In this document: positions 56,138 to 64,000 of the stretch, in pieces
Layout of the letters: every line of letters begins with the position of its first letter
Position numbering within the stretch: the stretch's first letter is position 1
From: Diplonema japonicum
Taxonomy: Eukaryota; Protista; Euglenozoa: Diplonemea
Reading direction: 5' to 3'
Length of the DNA: 64,000 nt
NCBI GenBank assembly: GCA_964019335.1
Contig: OZ025652.1
Coordinates: 434,001-498,000, forward strand
Notes under the pieces: model-generated
Database searches by the model: none
What the model was told of the DNA's origin: nothing
The model's input: the letters and a program-made list of their open reading frames with translations, nothing else
Position numbers and translations under genes: made by a program

Positions 56138-56850
56138 GTAAGGTTGGAAAGAGACCGTAAGAAATAAGAGATCAAGATAGTATTTTGCAACATTTTCATT
56201 TTTTGTTCCATTCTTTCATTTTGCTTTTGTTTTTGAAAAGGAGGACTAGACGAGAAGAGAGAAAATAAAAAAGTTGGCAGACATGAACAGAAAAAAAGTA
56301 GGAAAAACGACGCACTCAGTCTCGCGCAAGCTTCCCTCCGCACCCTCTTGAGCCTACCTACTCTTTGTTGTTTGTTTTGTTATTGTTTTTTTTTTGTTTG
56401 GTTAATTCGTCCCCAATCCATTGTGCATTATACAAATAAAAAAAAAAAAATGAGGGAGGTGAAAAAGGAAAAAAAAAAAAAAAAAGAAAGAAAAGCAGGG
56501 GGAAAGTGACCGATACAATGCAAACATACATTTAAAATTTTTTTTTCTTCTCTCATGACTTATGTCTTTCTTGTTCGCACGAGTACAATTTGCTTCTTCT
56601 TCTTCTTTTTTTTTTTCCCTTCTAGAAAGCTGCTAAAGTTTTTTTCTTCTTCTTTTTTTTTTTGCTCGGCACAAGATAACATAAGGTACAAAAAAAAAAA
56701 AAAAAAAAAAAACAACAACAACAACAAAAAAGAAACCTCACATGCCCATGTCTAAGGGAGTGAGTGTGCTGGTTTTTTTTTTCCCCCCCTTCCCGCCCTC
56801 CTACATTTATATCATTTATTTACCACGGATCCCCCCCCCCCCCCCCCCCC

Positions 56851-58835
56851 TCACTTAGACAGCTTTCGAGGCGTTACCTGGAATTTTTTTTTCTTCTCTC
56901 CCCCGTCGTGCACCCCGACCATACCGAAGAAAGAGAAGGACCAGTGGCAGAACGGGTGAACCTGGACCCGATAGGCCCACTGCGTGCGGAGAGAGGACGC
57001 ACTAATAATGATTTTAAAAAGATAATATCATCTATCAAAACCCATACCTTTAGCAGGCGGCGTCCCGTAAGAGTTCGGAGTAGGAGAAGGATGCGCGTGA
57101 GATGACTTACTACTCTTAGACCGCGATCTCCGAGAGGAGTGGCTGTGAGACCTCGAAACTGCCTTTGTCTCCGGTTGCCTGTTTTTGCATTGTTCCTCAC
57201 CCCTCCCCATTTTTTTTTTTCCTATCAAACATACTTATCACACAAAGCGCGCAGTTCCAGCAACGCATCCAACGCGCGCTTGTTGTCCGCAATTTCGAAA
57301 ACACGTTTCTTAAACACCTCATGGGCATCTTCCACTGTCCTCTTATGTTTTGTCGCTTCTTCAAAGCTTCCCCTCAGTTGCGTCACTGCCTGATCTGCTG
57401 TGTATGCCTCCAATGTTGCCTTTTGAACTTCCGTTTCCTTCTTGGCGATGGTCTCCCCAGCTTCTTTCAGCTTTGCAATGTGCTCCTCATGACGTTCCTC
57501 CACCAGCTGCATGCGTACGTTGAGGTCTTGTAGGTCCTGCTGGACCATTACTTTCTCCTGCCGTTCTGCTCGTAATGTTTTACCCCTTGTGTGGAGCTCA
57601 GTCTCCAGCCGTATGACGAGAGCCTGTGTAGCTTCCAGTTTCCCTTGGCAGACCCGCAACGCCCTTTCAAGCTCTGCTGTCTTCCCTGTGTCGATGTAAG
57701 ACGGCCTGATACCGCCATTGGACACCGTTTCGACTTTCTGTGGTTCCTCCTTCTTCACTTCCTTGGGTTTGATGAATGGGTTCTTGATGGTAAGGCAGGT
57801 CTGCATCAGCCGAAGGGTTTCGATGGTCTCGGGGATGTAGTTTTTCTTCGAACCGACAACAGAGAGAACAGTGCAGCTGTTTTCGTTGCCGTCTCGGAAA
57901 TGGCGGGTTAGCATTCTGGTAAGAAGGGATTGTCTGAGGGGGAGGCCGCCGGGTTCAGTGCCTTGTGCGAGGGTGTGGACCATGGTCTTGAAGGAGTTGT
58001 CGCCGATGTAGGTGTCAACAACGTCAAGAATAGAGTCAACGCGACGGGTGCCTTGGTAGTGCGAGACCACTAGACGGAAGATGACATGAGCGCCTGAGGA
58101 TTTTGTGTTCCATGGTGTGATGCAGCCCACCCGGCGTTTGAGGCCGTTTCTGAGTAGCTCGTTGCAGACATTCACGTCGTCAACATTTTTTTCGACAGCC
58201 CCCTCGATGTCCAGGTAGCCGGTGTCCTGGTCAATGTCGCACGATACGTTACGCCCGCCTACATGTTCCTCAAGGTCTGGATTTTTCACTTTGAAAGTCG
58301 TTTCTGGTGGGCAAACAGACGATTTGTTCAAAAGGTCGACAATCTTATCCTCGTGGATCTCCACCATTGACATAACTGCCAAGCAATGCCGCTTCGTTTT
58401 CTTTCTTTTGATGATTTCCTTGCAGAGCAACGGGACCACCCCGGGGTCGGAGTTGTCTGTGTTGAATAGAGTGTGTGTCTTCCCTGCCCCGCTTTGACCG
58501 ATGGCCACCACGCAACCGTCGCCTCCTTTTAGCAATGTGTCGGCGCAGGGAGAAATGACAACTTCCTGCAGAGACGCCATTTCGCCTATGACGCTGTCCA
58601 CGTTGAATTCTTCTGCCCCGTCCACTACCACACTTCGTGACGTGGCTGCCTTCACGTTGTTGTTGAACTCGCAGTTCTTCACCTTCACCACTCCCCTCGC
58701 AACTTTCACACCTTCTGTTTTCCCATTGCTTCCTGCCTTGCTAAACGGGCTCTTAACTATCCCATTCGCCTTGGAGGGCGTGCCGTTTGTCGCCGACGCG
58801 ATAGGCAGCGTTAAGGGTGACACTTGGACATCCAT
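56851..58835 (-). CDS. Divergent kinesin-like protein with coiled-coil stalk, 4 exons
   Basis: P-loop GQSGAGKTHT and EIHEDKIVDLL are present; switch I (NTKSSGAH) and switch II (VDTYIGD) are degenerate. Short introns extend the frame to a TGA at 56851. Confidence 0.8.
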
Positions 58836-59066
58836 CGTCTGCCTGTTTTTTTTCTCTTCTCCACACCCCCCTTTTTTTTTCTCTCTCTCTCCCCACTCTC
58901 CTTTTTTGTTTGTTTGTTTTTTTTTAAATTCCGTTGTAGTTGTGTAGTATAAAAAAAAAAGGGAAATGGAACAAAAAAAAACATCTAAATGTAACAAGCA
59001 TAGCTATTTTATGGGGGTCTATGTGAAGAAAAGAGAAGAAAAAAAAGGGGGGGAGGGGTATACAAT

Positions 59067-62000
59067 CTATCCAATAGGAGTTAAAGGACGCATTTTCGGA
59101 CCCTCTTGCGTGGATTGTTGTTCCTTCTGAATCGCTGCGTACAGCCCGCCGAGTATAGCGTGTCGCTTGGCGGTGGCTTCGACCACTTTGTTCGTGACGC
59201 CTTGGAGGTAGTCCCGCATGTCTTGGTTTTCCTTCGTGAATTGCGACTGGAAGGCAGTAACGTGCATCTCAACCTGCTCAACTCGTTTCTGCGTGTCGCT
59301 GTGGATAGCTGTGAGCTCCTTCACTTGGTCGTCGTCCTCCTGCTTCCCTTCCAGACACACGGCTTTGTTTAGAGGAAAGAACGAAAGGTCGCCTTTACGC
59401 ATCATCGCGTGCACGTAGCTCTCCTGCCCTGTGAACTCATCAGGGTCCTTCTTCTGCAGGTAGTGAATGAAGAAGATATAGTTCCACATATTGTGGTCAT
59501 TCTTGATGTGGTGCTCGAAGCCGTCTGCCTGCCTGTCGAACTGGGAAGACTCTATCCCGCAGATGAAGCATCTCGATCTGATGTCTTCTTCCACCTTCTG
59601 CTTCTCCGAACGCAGCTCTGCAAAGGTATCGATGATAACACCGAAGATGATGTTCAGCAGGATGACGATTACCACGACGAAAAACGCGAAATCAAAGACG
59701 GTTCTGGCAGCGTTGTACGGGCTGTTCCAGTCGGGCGGCTGCATCAGCTCGCCGATACCGCCGCCAGCACGGATACCCGCAGTCACCGCGAATACAAAAC
59801 ACCTGAACAACGTGTCGCAGTGATAGTCCTCGCAGTTTTCCTCCCCCTCGCAAGGCGGTTCCCTGTTCTGAAACGCGTCCCGAAACAATACAAACCCCAC
59901 AACGCTGAAAAGGTAAATGATAATGATGCCCAGCAGCACCGTCAACAACAGCGAGCGGCCGTTCTTCGTGACAGCCTTGATGACGTTCTGCAGCAACGCA
60001 GACCTGTTGATAATGGACACCAAGTGTAAAGCGATGAAAAAGGGCGAGACCAAGAGCCCCGCAATGCTGAACACAACCGATGCCGTAAGGAAGATGAAGT
60101 GTGTGTCGCTCCTTACAGAGCCCAGCTTGTATTGCAATGAGTAATCAAAGGTCAGAAGGCTCTTCTCCGGGTCGTCAAGGTCATCAAGCTCCATTTCAAG
60201 GTCCGGGTCGTCCGTCGTTAGGTCGAGTTTCGAGTCGGACGCAACACTCGACGCAACTGCACCAAAGCTACCACCGATGCCCGCAGGTGTGCCTGCACGG
60301 TCGGCAAACTTCCCTTTCAGTTTCGCAAACGCCTTCATATCGGTTTCCTATTGATATTTCTCCCCCCTTTTTTTTTTGCCAAACCTGTGATTGCACGGCA
60401 CCGCCCTCCACCGGAGCCGGGCTTCCAGCTACCCTGCCATCCAGCTCTGGGTGGTCCACCTCAAACATTTCAATGTACCTCTTCAGGCTGAACTTCTTTC
60501 TCGCACGTTTCATCATCAGTTGCCTCTCCTGTTGTTGGGATGTGTGTTGTTATAATGTCATACTTTTTTCTTCCTACGGTGCGCCACGAGAGGTGCCTTT
60601 GCCACGCAGAAGTCGAACAGCAAGAAAGTGCACACCACGAACTGGCATATCATGAGCACGTTCAGCACGGCGATCACGATGTCGCTCTCGATGTGGAAGC
60701 CCTCGAGAGGCTTCCGCACGATCTCAGGACCGCTGGAGTTCGTCACGTAGTTCATGCAGACAATGGAGTTGATGAGGAAAGCGAGCACGATCATGCCGTT
60801 CTCCCACCACGTGATGGTCGAGTTGATTAGATACATGCACTGCCTGATCCGCTCGTTCTTTGAAGGGAACCACGATTCGACCTCGAGTTCACAGGGCTGC
60901 TTGAAATTCCTCTCGTAGAACTCGATCTCGTAGATAAGCTCCTCAGCTCTGTCGAAGAAATCGGCGATGCGTGCGGTGGGTGTCTCTCTGTTCACGTTCC
61001 ACAGCAGCTCGTCCTTCGTCTTGTCGCTGAGGTTTGAGCAGATGAAAGGAATCCTGAAATACACCCTCACCAGCGAGTTCGTCCTCAGGATCTCTATCCT
61101 CCCTGTGAGGGCTGTGTAGAAAGAGAACCCTTCGCACCGTTCGATGAAGTCAGTGAGGGCTTCGTCGAAGGTGGACAACGTGCGGAGCAGCATGAAGGCT
61201 GTGAAGCCAAGGTCCAGTGCCTGTTCTTCCTTCCTCCTCACCCATACGTCGCCCAGTAGGGTGGCAATCAGTTTGAAGTCCAGTGTGCGGTTCATAATGT
61301 TGGGTATTTGATTCTCCTCGACACCCTCCAGCACGGATAGCAGCATTGTGAGTGCTGCATTCTTCAGTTCGTCACGCTGGTCTTCGTCGACAAGAGGCAG
61401 CGGTCTCGACAGGACCACGTTTACCTCGAAGGCGATGTTGGCATTGACGAGAGCTTGCTGGTTGGCAGGGCACGGCCCCTGGCAGTACTCCGTCAGCGTG
61501 TTGAAGGCTTGCACCACATGCGCAAAGACAAAGTCATCGCACTGCTCGATCATCAACAGGTGCTTCAGTGCAGTGATCGTTTCTTTCACCAAGTTGTACG
61601 TGTGCACGTTGTCATCTTGCTCGCGAAGGTAGTCCTGAAGCTCTCTGTTGTGCCCTTCGCAGAACAGTTGCAGAAACCTCAGTACCTTCTCCAGCTGGTA
61701 CAGTTCACATTGTTTGTATTTTACGTTCGGGTCTTGCGCGGAAAGGTTGCTCAGCAGCGAGTTCCCGTCGGGCTGCTGTGACTTCCCTGTCTTGTGCTTC
61801 TCAGAGCTTTCCGTGTTTTTGATGAGTTGTATAGCACGCGATATTCTGTCCTTTGTGCAAGAGAAGAACGCCTCGTCATTCAGCGACAGGAAGTAGTTCG
61901 ACACTGCCTTCTGCACCTTGTGGTTGCCTCCCTCCAACAACGCGTGCCCGAACTGCAGTGACTCCGACACCACCTCCTCGTCTTTGGATTCTATCATCTG

Positions 62001-64000
62001 CGTCACGATAGGCGTAACCCCCAAGTCGTCTAACAGGAACTGCATTTTTTCCATTTCTTTCTTCGAAGGATGCAGGTAGATCATATGTTTAAACACCCTC
62101 AGCAGTGCAATGGTCAGGTTGTCCTCTTTAGACTCCTTGAAGTGCCTGAACAGGTTCATGGTCAGCATCCTGTTCCTGTTCAGCAGGTCATTCTTCAATA
62201 CCTCTGCCAGTCCTTTGATGGCTTTCTCGTCGTTTTCTAGTTCACGCGCTGTAGGGTCCCCGAACTCCCCCGAAGTGTTCACCAATACCAGTTGCAACGC
62301 CGTTCTGAACAGCTGCGGGAAGCCCTTGTAGAGGGTGGTGTCAAGAAGTACTTGTGATAGGAGATCGGTTTTTAGTCTCAAGAATGCACCTTCAGGATGC
62401 TTGCCGATTCTTCGGTCGGTGGAGCTCACACGGTCCACCCATTTCCGTATGTTCATGGTGGTGCCTGCATTCCTGAAGAGCCACTGAAGGATTTTGCAGC
62501 ATGTGAGTTTGCTCTCCATTACCACTTGGTTGTTCTCCGTCCACGCAAAACGCTGGTTCTTGAGTACCATGCCGGGTCCCGTGTCAGACCACACTGTCAC
62601 AGCCTTCCGGCTTTCCTCTGTACGGGGGGACGCTGGGCTGCCCAACGGGCTACTAGGAATAGCGCTTATCATGTCGGTTCCGCCCCAGTTGTTGTTCACA
62701 CGCGGTGCTTCATAAGCAGTGAACAAGTCATCTGCCACCATTGAGTCGCTGGTACCATCCAGCAGCTTCAGAAGAGGATGGAACAAGTGCTCTAGCTCTT
62801 CTGGTGTGTAGCAGCCCGATGTGATCATTACGTTGGCCAGCTCAAGCATGTTGGTCATCAGGTTATTCTTCGCAGCTGCCGAAACCTCCAATCGCGAGTT
62901 CCGCGTGATGAAGTCATAAACAGTGTCCTTCAGTCTGTCGAGGATCTCTTTGGGCGTCTTGGCATGCAGACCGTTTTCAACAAACATGTATCGTGCGATC
63001 TTAACGAAGCCCGACCTGATGGGGTCGCACAGTGGGTGGGACACCTGGAGCATAATGCCTTGCAAAATCAGCTGTGGAGGGAACCTCTTCTTCACGTAGT
63101 TAATGGCCACGTCGTTGCCACCCATGCACAAGGCAGCGAGGAAGATGAGACTCTGTTCGAAGTACCCTGTCTCCTCAGGGTCGGAGTCCGTGATCCATGC
63201 CTCTAGGGCGATCCAAAGGTCTTCCTCTGCATCGCCTGCTTGCGTGTCGTTCACGTCGCCTGTCGTCGTGTTCCTAACAAGCAACGCGTTCATCTGTGCT
63301 CTCATGTGACTGAGGGACGCAGTAGCCGAGTTCACCATGTCATCTGGCAAGTCGATCTCGTCGTTCTCGATGTTGGCGGCGTGTTTTATCTCCCTGCGCA
63401 GCCCGACTAGCAGGTCCAGCCTGTCGTGCATGTTCTCCGTGCAGACTAGCAACCTTCTTTCGTTTCTTCGTTCTTCATCTTGGAGCAGTCCCTTGGGTGC
63501 CTTGAACACCAACGTCAAACCTTGCTTATGGAGACCATCAGGAGGTGCTTTATTCGCCACACCGTCCTTCTTGGCGTGTTGGAACATATAAATGGGTACC
63601 GTGCGTGGATGGATGTCTCCCGGGTTGCTGCCTAATAGCAAACTTCCTCCCGTCACAGTCAGCCACTGCCGGTGCCACCTAGGGACAACGCACGGCACGT
63701 CGCATGTCCAGACCCAAGACCCGTTCATCGCTGCTGGTATGTTGTATGCTACGTTGAGCAACGCAGCTTGAGGTGACGCACTCCTCGACCGCGGGCTGTA
63801 CCTCATTGCATAGGGAGAGGCCGGTGCACGGATCCTTTCTTCCTCCTCACTCTCGCTGTCACTATCGCTAGAACCATCGTCCTCCTCTTCTTCACCGTTT
63901 TCTTTCCGCCTTTTAAATCTTCGGATCTTCCTCTCCGTGTTTGCTGGGAAACCGCTCACAGGCCTTATTTGGATCATGTCGTTCTTCAGCCTCAGCGGGT
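59067..64000 (-). CDS. Inositol 1,4,5-trisphosphate receptor / RyR-like Ca2+ release channel (5' end beyond the window)
   Basis: RIH-associated LRFLQLFCEGHN and TLTEYCQGPC; pore GIRAGGGIGE; LNIIFGVIIDTFAELR; CFICG..HIKNDHNMWNY. Two short introns join the ORFs. Confidence 0.92.

Noticed and set aside
3269-60600. Non-canonical introns, stop-codon recoding or RNA editing to explain broken ORFs
   Set aside because: Every break I examined in host genes is resolved by a canonical GT-AG intron under the standard code.

Overview
Eukaryotic nuclear DNA, almost certainly a euglenozoan and most likely a diplonemid. This is an inference from a BILBO1-type domain, an LRR pseudo-calpain, a trypanosomatid-like tRNA-Arg(ACG), Cys-rich/mucin surface proteins, and strictly co-directional genes that still carry many cis introns. 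About 24 protein genes all lie on the minus strand, separated by homopolymer-rich spacers. Many are split by tiny (30-70 nt) GT-AG introns, several of which are almost pure poly(A)/purine. Most striking: two unusually long introns each carry the same cassette. A sense tRNA gene ends 24-26 nt before the 3' splice site, and a divergent antisense structured candidate ncRNA (~560-630 nt or ~175 nt, identity unknown) starts ~100-120 bp upstream of it. The window also contains a near-identical tandem pair of bacterial-type THI5 genes, a Crypton-like repeat family with a decayed recombinase remnant, a TA-flanked TIR element, and several unusual domain architectures (MIT-CbbX-SAM, full-size ABCD with a KH-like insert, IP3R with a PH-like domain). 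Gene models and RNA helices were derived by hand and need RNA-seq or computational confirmation.
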